A model generated the notes under the pieces. The model worked only from the letters and a program-made list of their open reading frames with translations, was not told the origin of the DNA and searched no databases. Source: Nitrosomonas sp. (GTDB taxonomy: Bacteria; Pseudomonadota; Gammaproteobacteria; Burkholderiales; Nitrosomonadaceae). Taken from it: a stretch of 64,000 bases of DNA. Both the position numbers and the translations under genes were made by a program. Of the stretch, positions 1-10,767 are shown in pieces. The stretch's first letter is position 1. Each line of letters begins with the position of its first letter. Location of the stretch: NCBI GenBank assembly GCA_017879645.1, contig JAAEXZ010000001.1:3583-67582 (forward strand), in the 5' to 3' direction.

Positions 1-774
1 AATCTCCAGAGTCAAGGTCGCAAGGCGCTGATTCCATTCATTACTGCTGGTGATCCGTATCCAGATGCAACCGTGCAGTTGATGCATCAACTGGTGCAAT
101 CAGGAGCGGATATCATTGAATTGGGTGTGCCCTTTTCCGATCCGATGGCGGATGGCCCGACCATTCAGCGTTCGTCCGAACGGGCACTGAAGCACCACGT
201 CAATTTGAATCAGGTACTGGACATGGTGGCCGAATTTAGACACAGGGATACCGGTACGCCAGTGGTATTGATGGGATATGCCAATCCGATTGAAGCGATG
301 GGATATGAAGCATTTGCGGTTAAGGCAAAAGCAAGCGGAGTCGATGGCATTCTGATCGTGGATTATCCTCCCGAGGAATCAGTCGAGTGGGTGCAGCAGC
401 TAGATCGTCATGGCATTGATGCTATCTTTTTACTGTCGCCTACAACGCCAGAGGCGCGTATCGAACAGGTAGCCAAGCTTGCCAAGGGTTATATTTATTA
501 TGTTTCGCTTAAAGGGGTAACCGGTGCATCTCATCTCGATCTTCAAGATGTCAGCGCCATGGTGACACGGTTGCGCCAATCCATCACCATACCGATTGGT
601 GTGGGGTTTGGCATACGGGATGGTGACATGGCCAAAGCGGTAGCGGATCTGGCGGATGCCGTGGTGGTTGGCAGTCGAATCATCGAAGAAATAGAGCAGT
701 CATCCAGTGCTGAATTGCTCTCCAATGTGGGGAATTTCCTGCATAGTTTGCGTAAGGCTGTCGACGGACATTAA
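1..774 (+). CDS. trpA: Tryptophan synthase alpha subunit, 5' end lies upstream of the window
   Basis: Frame 1 is open from base 1 (NLQSQGRKALIPFITAGDPYPD...) and runs into the listed 73..774 ORF. ELGVPFSDPMADGPTIQ and YYVSLKGVTG are TrpA hallmarks. The trpA-accD-folC order is classical. Confidence 0.92.
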   Translation, partial: NLQSQGRKALIPFITAGDPYPDATVQLMHQLVQSGADIIELGVPFSDPMADGPTIQRSSERALKHHVNLNQVLDMVAEFRHRDTGTPVVLMGYANPIEAMGYEAFAVKAKASGVDGILIVDYPPEESVEWVQQLDRHGIDAIFLLSPTTPEARIEQVAKLAKGYIYYVSLKGVTGASHLDLQDVSAMVTRLRQSITIPIGVGFGIRDGDMAKAVADLADAVVVGSRIIEEIEQSSSAELLSNVGNFLHSLRKAVDGH

Positions 775-811
775 TGTGTGATGTAAATCATCAAACCGGG
801 AAAGCGTATTC

Positions 812-1681
812 ATGAGTTGGTTTCAAAATATCATTCCACCCAAAATCAAGAAAAAAGAGTCAGGCGATAAAAAAATCGTTCCTGAAGGGCTCTGGAGTAA
901 ATGCAGCAACTGCGAGGCGGTTTTATATTACACCGATCTTGCGAAGAATCTGAATGTATGCCCGAAATGTGATTATCACAATCGCGTGTCGGCGAGAGAT
1001 CGGCTGGACATGTTGCTGGATCAGGATAATCGTCATGAAATTGGTGCACAGGTCGTTGCGACAGACGCACTCAAATTCAAGGACAGCAAGAAATATGTGG
1101 ATCGCCTGACTCAAGCGCGGGAAAGCACGGAGGAGGGGGATGCTCTAGTGGTAATGCGTGGTTCCATCATGACCATGCCCGTGGTTGCTGCGGCATTCGA
1201 ATTCGGATTCATGGGGGGATCCATGGGGTCGGTGGTGGGTGAGCGCTTTGCCAGGGGTGTGAAGGTTAGTCTGGATCAGCACTTGCCTTTTATTTGTTTT
1301 AGTGCAAGTGGTGGGGCACGTATGCAGGAAGGATTGTTTTCACTGATGCAGATGGCCAAGACTACCGCAGCTTTAACCAAACTGAGTCATAACAAGTTGC
1401 CTTTCATATCGATTCTGACCGATCCAACCATGGGTGGGGTTTCAGCCAGCTTTGCATTCCTTGGTGATATCGTTATTGCAGAACCCGGTGCTTTGATCGG
1501 GTTTGCCGGACCGCGTGTCATTGAACAAACCGTGCGCCAGACGCTTCCTGAAGGATTTCAGCGTGCCGAGTTTCTGTTGCAGCATGGAGCGATAGACATG
1601 ATCGTGGATCGTAGGCAGATGCGCGACAAGATTGTCAATCTCTGTACGCAGTTGATGCATGTTCCGGTACCTGTTGTCTAG
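812..1681 (+). CDS. accD: Acetyl-CoA carboxylase carboxyltransferase beta subunit
   Basis: N-terminal four-Cys zinc ribbon ([10 protein letters not shown]...CPKCDYH) followed by the carboxyltransferase core ([19 protein letters not shown]). 289 aa. Confidence 0.95.
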   Translation: MSWFQNIIPPKIKKKESGDKKIVPEGLWSKCSNCEAVLYYTDLAKNLNVCPKCDYHNRVSARDRLDMLLDQDNRHEIGAQVVATDALKFKDSKKYVDRLTQARESTEEGDALVVMRGSIMTMPVVAAAFEFGFMGGSMGSVVGERFARGVKVSLDQHLPFICFSASGGARMQEGLFSLMQMAKTTAALTKLSHNKLPFISILTDPTMGGVSASFAFLGDIVIAEPGALIGFAGPRVIEQTVRQTLPEGFQRAEFLLQHGAIDMIVDRRQMRDKIVNLCTQLMHVPVPVV

Positions 1682-1730
1682 CCGGTATCTATTCACGACG
1701 ATTCAAAATGAAATGTTTTGAGCGTGTGGC

Positions 1731-3029
1731 ATGAGTGTTCTTGCTGAAGGACAGGAACGGCGCACACTGACCGACTGGTTGACCTACCTTGAAACGCTTC
1801 ATCCCAAAACTATCGATATGGGTTTGGAGCGCGTCAATCAAGTGTGGTGTGAACTGGATCTTCACCCTGATTTTCCCATCATTATCGTCGGCGGCACAAA
1901 TGGCAAGGGTTCTGTATGTACCTTGCTTGAATCTATCCTGACTTGTGCCGGCTACAAGGTTGGTTGTTATACCTCTCCTCATTTGCTTCGATATAACGAA
2001 CGCACCCGGATTCATAAACAAGCGCTCGATAATAGTTTGCTTTGTCGCGCATTCGAGCACATCGATGCGGCACGGAAAAGCTGCAATACATCATTGACTT
2101 ATTTTGAGTTTGGAACGCTGGCAGCTATGTATCTGTTTATTCAGGATCAGATTGATGTCGCTATTCTGGAGGTTGGGCTGGGTGGTCGTCTCGATGCAGT
2201 CAATATCTTTGAGCCAGATTGCTCGATCATAACCAGTGTAGATTTGGATCACATGGAATATCTGGGAGATACCCGGGAGAAAATCGGTTTTGAAAAAGCT
2301 GCCATTTTTCGCCAGGGTAAACCAGCAATTTGTGGGGATGCAGCCGTACCGGATTCGGTGCAGCAGCAGGCTCAAAAAGTAGGTGCCGATTTCTATTGTC
2401 TTGCCAGGAATTTCGGTTTTGCAAGGCAGGCCATGCAGTGGGAATTTTGGAGTTCCAGAGGAAAGCGCCATGCTTTACCCTGGCCAGCACTACGTGGAGT
2501 CAAGCAGTTGCAGAATGCTAGTGTTTGTCTGATGGCAATCGATGCACTTGCTGGTTTACTTCCGGTGAGCATGAATGCGATTCGTCAAGGTCTGGTCGAA
2601 GCGGTTATCCCCGGTCGGTTTCAAGTTTATTCCACACAACCAATGATTATTCTGGATGTGGCGCATAATCCGGGCGCAGCACGGGTACTGGCTGAAAACT
2701 TATCAGCCACGAAACCAGTCGGTCGGACTTTTGCGGTATTTGCCATGCTCCAGGACAAGGATATTGCAAGTGTCATCGAAATTGTCAAAGATAATATTGA
2801 TGTCTGGCTGGTTGCTTCGATTCGGTCGCCCCGTGCAGCCAGCGTGGATGACTTGGTGCGTATCATGGTGCAGTCAGGTATTGAGAATCATCAGGCTATC
2901 CAGCCATTCCCCGATTGCGTGGCAGCATTTGTTTATGCCTGTGAACGTGCAACTAAAAATGATAGAATTTGCGTTTTCGGGTCTTTCCATACAGTGGGTG
3001 ACGTGTTGCAGCATTTGAACACGCTTTAA
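1731..3029 (+). CDS. folC: Dihydrofolate synthase / folylpolyglutamate synthase
   Basis: Mur-ligase type P-loop VGGTNGKGS, 432 aa, located directly after accD. Confidence 0.9.
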   Translation: MSVLAEGQERRTLTDWLTYLETLHPKTIDMGLERVNQVWCELDLHPDFPIIIVGGTNGKGSVCTLLESILTCAGYKVGCYTSPHLLRYNERTRIHKQALDNSLLCRAFEHIDAARKSCNTSLTYFEFGTLAAMYLFIQDQIDVAILEVGLGGRLDAVNIFEPDCSIITSVDLDHMEYLGDTREKIGFEKAAIFRQGKPAICGDAAVPDSVQQQAQKVGADFYCLARNFGFARQAMQWEFWSSRGKRHALPWPALRGVKQLQNASVCLMAIDALAGLLPVSMNAIRQGLVEAVIPGRFQVYSTQPMIILDVAHNPGAARVLAENLSATKPVGRTFAVFAMLQDKDIASVIEIVKDNIDVWLVASIRSPRAASVDDLVRIMVQSGIENHQAIQPFPDCVAAFVYACERATKNDRICVFGSFHTVGDVLQHLNTL

Positions 3030-3049
3030 GATTAAGCCATCATCGGATA

Positions 3050-3760
3050 TTGCAAATGACAAAAAATATCAGTGAAGAAGAACTGTTACTCAGGAAGCGT
3101 GCAAGAAGACGTCTCGTTGGTGCGATTGTTTTGGTCATCTTGTCGGTCATCATTCTACCGATGATTTTTGATGAGCCAAAAACAGACAAGATCGAGAAAC
3201 AGGAAATGGCGATCAATTTGCCCCCACAAAGCAGGAGTGCAATCGCAGACTCCCCTCCGCTGCCGACTGAACAACTGATTTCAAAGGAAGCGCTCGAGAA
3301 ACTGACTGCCTCGACCGAGTCGCAATCCGTTTCAAAGCATAAGCCGACCTCGGATGATGATGGTGTCGAATCGTTGCCGGAACGAAAACGCATGCCCATT
3401 CCAGGAATCAAACCGAGATTCGAGAAACCCGCTGTCGAAGCAAAAGTTACGACAAATACATCAGTTCCAACTCCAGCATCTGTGGCTGCCCCGGCTCCAG
3501 CCCCAGCTTCGGCAGTAGTTGCCGATACACCCAAAAATCTCGTTATTCAGTTGGGTGCATTCTCTGACTCGGTAAAAGCAAAACAACAGCTGGATGGTCT
3601 GATTGCCAATGGCTTCAATGCCTATACTGAATCATTGAAAACTGCGAATGGTGAAGTAACACGTGTACGTATTGGGCCTTACACAAATCGCAATACTGCG
3701 GAAAGTGAACTGAAAAAACTCAAGAAATTAGGTTTTGAAGGTGTGCTTACATCGCGCTAA
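3050..3760 (+). CDS. SPOR-domain cell-division protein (DedD-like)
   Basis: N-terminal TM anchor (LVGAIVLVILSVIILPMIF), a Pro/Ala-rich linker and a C-terminal SPOR fold (VIQLGAFSDSVKAKQQ...RVRIGPYTNRNTAESELKKLKKLGF). It occupies the dedD slot between folC and cvpA. Confidence 0.75.
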   Translation: MQMTKNISEEELLLRKRARRRLVGAIVLVILSVIILPMIFDEPKTDKIEKQEMAINLPPQSRSAIADSPPLPTEQLISKEALEKLTASTESQSVSKHKPTSDDDGVESLPERKRMPIPGIKPRFEKPAVEAKVTTNTSVPTPASVAAPAPAPASAVVADTPKNLVIQLGAFSDSVKAKQQLDGLIANGFNAYTESLKTANGEVTRVRIGPYTNRNTAESELKKLKKLGFEGVLTSR

Positions 3761-3839
3761 TGAGCAAGTGGAGAAATTGGTGCATCCTAGCAGCCAATTT
3801 TTTTCGACCTGATTATCACAAGGACTTTAATTTAAATCG

Positions 3840-4355
3840 ATGACAGTTTTTGATTATGTTGTTTGCGGTATTTTTCTTGTATCGATCATCTTGAGCATTA
3901 TCCGCGGACTGGTAAGAGAAACACTCTCGATTGCTGGCTGGATTGTAGCGTTTGTGGTTGCAAGTGCCTATGCTGTTCATATGGAACCCTACTTGCCGAC
4001 AGAGCTGGTAGGGGAAACATTAAGATTTTCCATATCTTTCGTTTTAACCTTCGTTTCCGTATTATTGTTGACTGCTCTGGTGACCATGTTGTTATCAACC
4101 CTGATCAAGGGTATAGGATTAGGTTTCATTGACAGATTGCTAGGCTGTATATTTGGCACGCTACGAGCATTGATCATTGTAACGACCATTGTGTTGATAG
4201 CTGGTTTGACGACGATTCCTAACCAGACTTTCTGGCAACAGGCTACACTCAGCAGACCATTGGAAGTCATTGCGTTACAGACCTTGCCCTGGTTGCCGGA
4301 TGATCTGGCCAAAAGGATCAGTTTCGAGCGTAAAGAAAACTCCTTGTATAAATAA
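3840..4355 (+). CDS. cvpA: CvpA family membrane protein (colicin V production protein)
   Basis: 171 aa with four hydrophobic helices, immediately upstream of purF as in the E. coli dedD-cvpA-purF arrangement. Confidence 0.8.
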   Translation: MTVFDYVVCGIFLVSIILSIIRGLVRETLSIAGWIVAFVVASAYAVHMEPYLPTELVGETLRFSISFVLTFVSVLLLTALVTMLLSTLIKGIGLGFIDRLLGCIFGTLRALIIVTTIVLIAGLTTIPNQTFWQQATLSRPLEVIALQTLPWLPDDLAKRISFERKENSLYK

Positions 4356-4448
4356 CTGTCTAGAATCTGGAAGAGTATTTGAGGATGAACGATCTTGTAA
4401 AGGCATGGGCAACAGGATCGAGGTCACTAAAATTAATGGAGTGTTGCT

Positions 4449-5969
4449 ATGTGTGGAATTCTTGGCATTGTTGCACAGTCGCCCGCTAATCAACTGCTCT
4501 ACGATGGTCTGCTCATGTTGCAGCATCGTGGACAAGATGCAAGTGGTATCGTGACGGCACAGGGCAATACCTTTCACATGCATAAAGGTTGTGGTTTGGT
4601 TCGCGATGTATTTCGTACCAGAGATATGCGGGAACTTTCAGGCAATATGGGGATTGGCCATGTCCGCTATCCTACAGCAGGTTCAGCCAGTTCGTCTGCC
4701 GAAGCGCAACCTTTTTATGTCAATTCACCATTTGGAATCGTATTGGGACACAATGGCAACCTGACCAATTCAGAACAGTTGAGCGAGGAGTTGTTCAAAG
4801 CTGATCTACGGCATGTCAACACCAATTCCGATTCGGAAGTATTGTTAAACGTGCTGGCCCATGAATTGCAGAAATGTGCACGTAACTATCGATTGGACCC
4901 GGAAACCATTTTTGCCGCCGTTTCCGGTGTGCACAGGCGTTGCAGAGGTGCGTATGCTGTAGTGGCCATGATAGCCGGTTACGGTTTATTGGCATTTCGC
5001 GATCCTTTCGGAATCAGGCCCTTGGTGTTTGGTTCATTGGAAAGCGAGCGGGGTGTGGAGTATTTGGTCGCTTCCGAGAGTGTGGCGCTGGATACCCTCG
5101 GTTTCAAAGTCATTCGTGATGTGGCGCCAGGAGAAGCCATTTTTATCGATGAGTCCGGAAATTTCTACAGCGAACAATGCGCCAGCCAATTTTCACTCCA
5201 TCCCTGTATTTTTGAATACGTTTACCTGGCTCGTCCGGATTCGGTGATTGATGGTATATCGGTGTATGAGACCCGACTCAATATGGGTGAGCATCTTGCA
5301 GAAAAAATCAAAAAAACGATGCGCCATATGGATATTGATGTCGTCATTCCTATTCCCGATTCGAGTCGACCCAGTGCATTGCAATTGGCCAACAAGCTGG
5401 GTGTTACCTTTCGCGAAGGGTTCGTGAAAAATCGTTATGTCGGCCGTACTTTTATCATGCCCGGACAGCAATTACGCCGAAAATCGGTTCGACAAAAACT
5501 GAATGCAATGAGTATCGAATTTCGTGGCAAGAATGTCATGCTCGTGGATGACTCTATCGTGCGTGGTACAACCAGCCGGGAGATTGTTCAGATGGCACGC
5601 GAGGCGGGGGCAAACAAAATCTATTTTGCATCGGCGGCACCGCCGGTTCGCTATCCGAATGTTTACGGTATCGACATGCCAACGCGGCACGAACTTATCG
5701 CAACGGATCGAAGCAACGAGGAAATTTGCCATGAAATTGGAGCGGATGAACTCGTATTTCAGGATCTGGACGCGCTGAGTCATGCAGTTGCAAAATTATC
5801 AACCTCACTCAAGCATTTTGAAACTTCCTGTTTTGATGGAAAATACATCACCGGTGATGTCACCCCGGATTATTTGCGTACACTGGAATTGCAACGTAGC
5901 TCCGGGGCAACCTCTGTTCGTTCAAGATCCAATATGCAACTGGATCTGAGTCTGGTTGTATCGGAGTGA
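4449..5969 (+). CDS. purF: Amidophosphoribosyltransferase
   Basis: MCGILGI N-terminal Cys nucleophile (Ntn glutamine amidotransferase) plus the PRPP-binding [14 protein letters not shown] motif. 506 aa. Confidence 0.95.
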   Translation: MCGILGIVAQSPANQLLYDGLLMLQHRGQDASGIVTAQGNTFHMHKGCGLVRDVFRTRDMRELSGNMGIGHVRYPTAGSASSSAEAQPFYVNSPFGIVLGHNGNLTNSEQLSEELFKADLRHVNTNSDSEVLLNVLAHELQKCARNYRLDPETIFAAVSGVHRRCRGAYAVVAMIAGYGLLAFRDPFGIRPLVFGSLESERGVEYLVASESVALDTLGFKVIRDVAPGEAIFIDESGNFYSEQCASQFSLHPCIFEYVYLARPDSVIDGISVYETRLNMGEHLAEKIKKTMRHMDIDVVIPIPDSSRPSALQLANKLGVTFREGFVKNRYVGRTFIMPGQQLRRKSVRQKLNAMSIEFRGKNVMLVDDSIVRGTTSREIVQMAREAGANKIYFASAAPPVRYPNVYGIDMPTRHELIATDRSNEEICHEIGADELVFQDLDALSHAVAKLSTSLKHFETSCFDGKYITGDVTPDYLRTLELQRSSGATSVRSRSNMQLDLSLVVSE

Positions 5970-6040
5970 ATCCCTGGCGACTACATTGTCGTTACCGCAG
6001 TTTGTATTGTGCATACCCAATTGAAAATTGATTTTATTTG

Positions 6041-7243
6041 ATGAACAAAGACGATATCAAGATTACTGAAATGACCGAACACTTGCAGCCAGAGACACTT
6101 GCATTACATACGGGTATTCATCGCAGTCAATTTAACGAACACTCGGAAGCGATGTTCCTGACCTCAAGTTTTGTATTCGATAATGCAGCCCAGGCGGCTG
6201 CACGTTTTTCCGGAAACGAACCTGGCAACATCTATTCACGCTTCACCAATCCGACGGTGACTGCTTTTGAAGAACGCCTTGCCATCCTGGAGGGTGCTGA
6301 ACTGGGTGTGGCTACTGCGTCGGGAATGTCTGCAATTCTGGCTTGCATAATGGGATTGTTAGCTGCGGGAGATCATGTCGTTGCCTCGCGCAGTTTATTT
6401 GGTGCCACAGTTAATTTGTTCAATAACATCTTGAAGAAATTTGCGATCGATACCACATTCGTATCCGCTACCGATGTCGCTTCCTGGGAAGCCGCCATCC
6501 AGCCCAATACCAAATTGTTCTTTCTGGAAACGCCATCTAATCCATTGACCGAAATTTCGGATATTGCGGCTTTGGCTGAAATTGCCAGAAAGTATGGGAT
6601 ATGGTTGGCAGTGGACAATTGTTTCTGTACTCCCATCCTACAAAAACCACTTGAGCTGGGGGCTGACATTGTCATTCACTCCGCCACCAAATACCTGGAT
6701 GGGCAGGGTAGGGTACTCGGGGGCGCAGTATTAGGTAAGCGTGATTTGCTGATGGATGGAGGCATCTATGGTTTTCTGAGGACTGCCGGTCCCACGATGA
6801 GTGCTTTCAACGCCTGGGTAATTTTGAAAGGACTTGAGACGCTGAAAATTCGGATGCAGAATCACGCGGCAAATGCGCTACAACTGGCCCAGTGGCTTGA
6901 ATCACAACCCAATGTGGCACGTGTTTATTATCCTGGCCTGCCTTCACATCCACAGTATGCACTGGCAAGAATTCAGCAAAATTCGGGGGGGGGGATTGTG
7001 ACATTTGAAGTGCGTGGCGGCAAAGATGCCGCATGGCGCGTTATCGATTCCACCCGCCTGATTTCCATTACGGCCAATCTAGGGGATGCCAAGAGTACAT
7101 TGACGCATCCCGCAACCACGACCCATGCGCGTATCAGTCAGGAAGCACGTGATGCTGCAGGTATTTCGGATGGACTGTTGCGCATTGCGGTGGGATTGGA
7201 AGCAGTACAGGATATCCAGGCTGATCTTGCCCGAGGACTGTAA
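6041..7243 (+). CDS. metZ: O-succinylhomoserine sulfhydrylase (Cys/Met-metabolism PLP enzyme)
   Basis: Cys/Met PLP family with the lysine motif HSATKYLDGQG. N-terminus (TLALHTG...EHSEAMFLTSSFVF) and length are typical of MetZ. ATG at 6041 is preferred over the TTG at 6038. Confidence 0.8.
   Translation: MNKDDIKITEMTEHLQPETLALHTGIHRSQFNEHSEAMFLTSSFVFDNAAQAAARFSGNEPGNIYSRFTNPTVTAFEERLAILEGAELGVATASGMSAILACIMGLLAAGDHVVASRSLFGATVNLFNNILKKFAIDTTFVSATDVASWEAAIQPNTKLFFLETPSNPLTEISDIAALAEIARKYGIWLAVDNCFCTPILQKPLELGADIVIHSATKYLDGQGRVLGGAVLGKRDLLMDGGIYGFLRTAGPTMSAFNAWVILKGLETLKIRMQNHAANALQLAQWLESQPNVARVYYPGLPSHPQYALARIQQNSGGGIVTFEVRGGKDAAWRVIDSTRLISITANLGDAKSTLTHPATTTHARISQEARDAAGISDGLLRIAVGLEAVQDIQADLARGL
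6985..6994 (+). repeat. G10 homopolymer inside metZ (encodes S-G-G-G)
   Basis: Direct count: aat tcg ggg ggg ggg att, with G at 6985..6994. It is in frame as given. Confidence 0.95.
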
Positions 7244-7250
7244 AAAAACA

Positions 7251-7281
7251 TCAGAATAAACACGCAATGTGTTTATTCTGA
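7251..7281 (-). terminator. Rho-independent terminator between convergent metZ and ppiB
   Basis: Perfect 13-bp stem tcagaataaacac / gtgtttattctga with loop gcaat. On the minus strand the stem is followed by TGTTTTTTTA (plus-strand A-run at 7242..7248). It lies 8 nt after the metZ stop and 23 nt after the ppiB stop. Confidence 0.75.
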
Positions 7282-7303
7282 CTGGAATGGCTATGTAATT
7301 GTT

Positions 7304-7795
7304 TTAAATGGTTTCTGCTTTCTGGATGACGACATCTTCACGCGGAACATTCTGATGACCGGCGGAATCACCCGTTTTGATTTTCTTGATCTTGTCCACG
7401 ACATCCTGGCCTTCCACGACTTTACCAAAGACGCAATAACCAAATTCCTGTGGGGTGGATGATTTGTAATTGAGAAAACCATTGCTGGTGACATTAATAA
7501 AAAATTGTGCGGTTGCTGAATGCACATCTGCAGTACGTGCCATGGCAATGGTATAAGCATCGTTCTTTAATCCATTGGCAGCTTCATTTTTAATAGGAGC
7601 CTGGGTTTTCTTCTGTTTCATTCCCGGTTCGAAACCACCTCCCTGAATCATGAAATCATCGATGACACGATGGAAGATAGTGTTGTCATAAAATCCGCTG
7701 TCGACATAGTTCAGAAAATTTTTTACGGTTTCGGGTGCTTTTTCACTATCCAGCTCGAGAATGATTACACCAAAGTTGGTTTGCAATTTGACCAT
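7304..7795 (-). CDS. ppiB: Peptidyl-prolyl cis-trans isomerase, cyclophilin type, cytoplasmic
   Basis: Cyclophilin core ([34 protein letters not shown]) with no signal peptide. 163 aa. Confidence 0.9.
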   Translation of the reverse strand: MVKLQTNFGVIILELDSEKAPETVKNFLNYVDSGFYDNTIFHRVIDDFMIQGGGFEPGMKQKKTQAPIKNEAANGLKNDAYTIAMARTADVHSATAQFFINVTSNGFLNYKSSTPQEFGYCVFGKVVEGQDVVDKIKKIKTGDSAGHQNVPREDVVIQKAETI

Positions 7796-7822
7796 TTTTT
7801 TCCTTGTTGGATTGAAGTTGGA

Positions 7823-8422
7823 TTATTTTGTGTTTTGTTCGACTGTTTGATGCTTGACAATATCTTCAATGACGATGGTACTTTTGGGAACATCGCGCGA
7901 AAATGGACCACTTGAACCTGTCGGTGTGGCGGCAATCTTCTGTACGACATCCATACCACTGATGACCTTGCCAAAAACGGCATAGCCGTAGCCACTCTGA
8001 TTGGGGGCCTTGTAATCAAGGAAAGCGTTGTTGGCGACATTGATGAAAAACTGTGCTGAAGCTGAATGCGGATCGGATGTACGTGCCATGGCAATGGTTC
8101 CAACTTCATTCTTTAGTCCGTTAGCGGCTTCATTCTGGATTGCAGCGCGTGTCGGTTTCTGCTTGAGCGAAGCATCAAATCCTCCTCCCTGGATCATGAA
8201 GTTACTGATGACACGATGAAAGATCGTGTTTTTATAAAACCCATCATCGACATATTGCAGAAAATTCTCGACAGTTTTGGGCGCTTTGTCCGGATAAAGT
8301 TCCAGCACGATAGATCCTGTGTTTGTCTTGATCTCGACCGTTACGGTATTTGCAGCAGCACAAGTACCCGATATGAGCATGAAAAGAAACAAGCCCAATA
8401 AGTTCATAATATTACGTCGCAT
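7823..8422 (-). CDS. ppiA: Peptidyl-prolyl cis-trans isomerase, cyclophilin type, periplasmic
   Basis: Same cyclophilin core ([15 protein letters not shown]) preceded by a signal peptide ([17 protein letters not shown]). Tandem with ppiB. Confidence 0.9.
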   Translation of the reverse strand: MRRNIMNLLGLFLFMLISGTCAAANTVTVEIKTNTGSIVLELYPDKAPKTVENFLQYVDDGFYKNTIFHRVISNFMIQGGGFDASLKQKPTRAAIQNEAANGLKNEVGTIAMARTSDPHSASAQFFINVANNAFLDYKAPNQSGYGYAVFGKVISGMDVVQKIAATPTGSSGPFSRDVPKSTIVIEDIVKHQTVEQNTK

Positions 8423-8482
8423 AGTGATACTCAGTCCTGTATGAAGTGAGGGGTTAAGTGATAAAGAGTGTCGAGGTCAATA

Positions 8483-8491
8483 TGTTATAAT
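8483..8491 (+). promoter_or_regulatory. Candidate extended -10 promoter (TGtTATAAT) for cysS
   Basis: The sequence tgttataat lies about 93 nt upstream of the cysS ATG. I saw no convincing -35 element, hence the extended -10 interpretation. Confidence 0.25.
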
Positions 8492-8583
8492 GCCGCGCGA
8501 ATGAATATTCCCGGATTTGTCAATAAGTTCATCATTCTAACAAGAAGATAAGTCGACCCATAATTCTATCCACTTTTTACTTT

Positions 8584-9969
8584 ATGCTCAAAATTTATAA
8601 CTCCATTGCGAGAACAAAGCAGGATTTTGTTCCACTAGAGCCTGGCAAAGTAGGTCTCTATGTTTGTGGAATGACAGTCTACGATTACTGTCACCTTGGG
8701 CATGCGCGCGTACTGGTGGTGTTTGATACGGTTGTTCGCTGGTTTAGAGCAAGTGGGTACGTCGTTAACTATGTGCGCAATATTACCGACATCGATGACA
8801 AGATCATCAAACGCGCGCTGGAGAACAGCGAGCCCATCACCGCTCTGACCGATCGTTTTATCCAGGCCATGAATGAGGATTCAGACGCTCTGGGTGTGAT
8901 ACAACCTTCCAATCAGCCTCGTGCAACGGGCTATGTTGAACAGATGGTCCGCATGATCCAGACACTGGTGGATAAGGATCTTGCCTACCCGGCGCAAAAT
9001 GGCGACGTGTATTATTCCGTTTATAGATTTCCGGATTATGGAAAACTTTCCGGAAAATCACTGGATGATTTGCGTGCCGGTGAACGTGTGGAGATTGATT
9101 CCAATAAAAATGATCCGTTGGATTTCGTGCTGTGGAAAGCGGCGAAGCCGAATGAACCCGCTTGGGATTCTCCGTGGGGAAAAGGCCGACCCGGCTGGCA
9201 TATCGAATGCTCGGCGATGAGCGAGCAGTTGCTGGGAATTCATTTCGATATTCATGGCGGTGGACAGGATCTGCAGTTTCCACATCACGAAAATGAAATT
9301 GCGCAAAGTGAGGGGGCGCATGATCATCCATTTGTCAATTACTGGATGCATAATGGTTTTGTACGGGTGGATAACGAGAAAATGTCCAAATCGTTAGGCA
9401 ATTTCTTTACTGTTAGAGAGATACTCAAACATTATCAGGCTGAAGTCGTGCGGTTTTTCATATTGCGTGCACATTATCGCAGTCCGCTCAATTATTCAGA
9501 TCAGCACCTCAAGGATGCGAAACAGGCACTGGATCGGCTCTATACCGCCTTGAAAGACACGCCGCCTAATGTAGATGAGGCAAAAGTGGACTGGAATCAT
9601 GCTCATGCACAAAGATTCAAGGTTGCGATGGATGACGATTTCAATACCCCGGAAGCTGTAGCTGTGCTGTTCGAACTGACAAGCGATATCAACAAGACCG
9701 GTTCGACAGAAAACGCCAATCTATTAAAGGTATTAGGTGGTTTTCTGGGATTGCTGCAACAGAATCCGCAGGACTACCTGCAGGGCAAAGTTGCAATTCA
9801 TGAATCCCAAGGGCTGAGTTCGAATGAAATCGAACAATTGATTCAGCAGCGGATCGTTGCCCGAACGGAAAAACGCTATGCCGATGCCGATACGCTACGC
9901 AAGCACCTGTTATCGCAAGGCATCATTCTTGAAGACGGTGCACAGGGAACAACCTGGCGGCGAGTTTAA
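8584..9969 (+). CDS. cysS: Cysteine--tRNA ligase
   Basis: Class I synthetase HIGH-type motif (CHLGHAR) and KMSKS present verbatim ([10 protein letters not shown]). 461 aa. Confidence 0.95.
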   Translation: MLKIYNSIARTKQDFVPLEPGKVGLYVCGMTVYDYCHLGHARVLVVFDTVVRWFRASGYVVNYVRNITDIDDKIIKRALENSEPITALTDRFIQAMNEDSDALGVIQPSNQPRATGYVEQMVRMIQTLVDKDLAYPAQNGDVYYSVYRFPDYGKLSGKSLDDLRAGERVEIDSNKNDPLDFVLWKAAKPNEPAWDSPWGKGRPGWHIECSAMSEQLLGIHFDIHGGGQDLQFPHHENEIAQSEGAHDHPFVNYWMHNGFVRVDNEKMSKSLGNFFTVREILKHYQAEVVRFFILRAHYRSPLNYSDQHLKDAKQALDRLYTALKDTPPNVDEAKVDWNHAHAQRFKVAMDDDFNTPEAVAVLFELTSDINKTGSTENANLLKVLGGFLGLLQQNPQDYLQGKVAIHESQGLSSNEIEQLIQQRIVARTEKRYADADTLRKHLLSQGIILEDGAQGTTWRRV

Positions 9970-9987
9970 TAAATGGAATCCAAAGTA

Positions 9988-10758
9988 TCAGATTTTCCAG
10001 ATAAATAGTGTGGAGTGGGAAAAATCATTGAGTTTGATACTTTTATAGGGCTGGACACCGGGGACGATAAAGGTGTTGCTGATAAATAAACTACCGGTTC
10101 GCATCTCCTTGCTGACTTTTTGCCATAATGCTTCCATGGGGACAGGAGACAAGTAAGCGTACACGACATCGTAGTTTGAGAAGTCATGATGCCAGAAATC
10201 TCCCCAGGTAAGGGTGAAGGGTGAACCGAGAAGCCGGTTTCTTAAATGACTGATCAGAAAAGGCAATGGTGCTGATTCGATACCGTGGAAATGGCCGTTT
10301 TTGTGGGAATCGGCCAGGTTCTTCAGCAAGCCGCCACAACCGCTACCCAGATCAACAAACGAGAATGCCGTATCTCGGGGCAGGAGTTTAGCCAATTCAA
10401 TATTGGCATCCTTGCTGGAAAGGTACAAGGGAACTCGTGTTCTGAAGGTTTTTCCATAAATCAGGAGTAAGGCTGCAAAAGCAAGCAGATACCAGGATGG
10501 GGAGATATCCAGTGTTAACATCAGCAGGAGCAGGGGCGAGAAAAACAGGTGCATGGGAATCCACCATACCGGTTGCCGCAGCAGAGAACTCAGTATTCCC
10601 GCCAGAAAACCTTGCAGGCTACTCCACTCCAGCAGACTGAGTGTGATTGCGGATTGATTGACGAGTGTAAGCACCATGAACAGCGAGCAAAGCTGGATGC
10701 ATAATGCCATCACTGCAGGATATTTCGCTTTTGTACAGGATGTTGTGATGGTATTCAT
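9988..10758 (-). CDS. Membrane-anchored class I SAM-dependent methyltransferase, function unknown
   Basis: The N-terminal ~110 aa form about four hydrophobic helices. The C-terminal half carries SAM-binding motif I (VDLGSGCGGLLKNL) and a downstream acidic YDVVYAYLSP motif. It starts 9 nt after the motB stop. Confidence 0.65.
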   Translation of the reverse strand: MNTITTSCTKAKYPAVMALCIQLCSLFMVLTLVNQSAITLSLLEWSSLQGFLAGILSSLLRQPVWWIPMHLFFSPLLLLMLTLDISPSWYLLAFAALLLIYGKTFRTRVPLYLSSKDANIELAKLLPRDTAFSFVDLGSGCGGLLKNLADSHKNGHFHGIESAPLPFLISHLRNRLLGSPFTLTWGDFWHHDFSNYDVVYAYLSPVPMEALWQKVSKEMRTGSLFISNTFIVPGVQPYKSIKLNDFSHSTLFIWKI

Positions 10759-10767
10759 AGATTATAC

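Noticed and set aside
3040-3534. 164-aa Ala/Gly-rich minus-strand ORF
   Set aside because: It is the mirror image of the Pro/Ala-rich linker of the SPOR-domain protein. The low-complexity sequence keeps the reverse frame open, and the plus-strand gene has TM and SPOR domains and conserved synteny.
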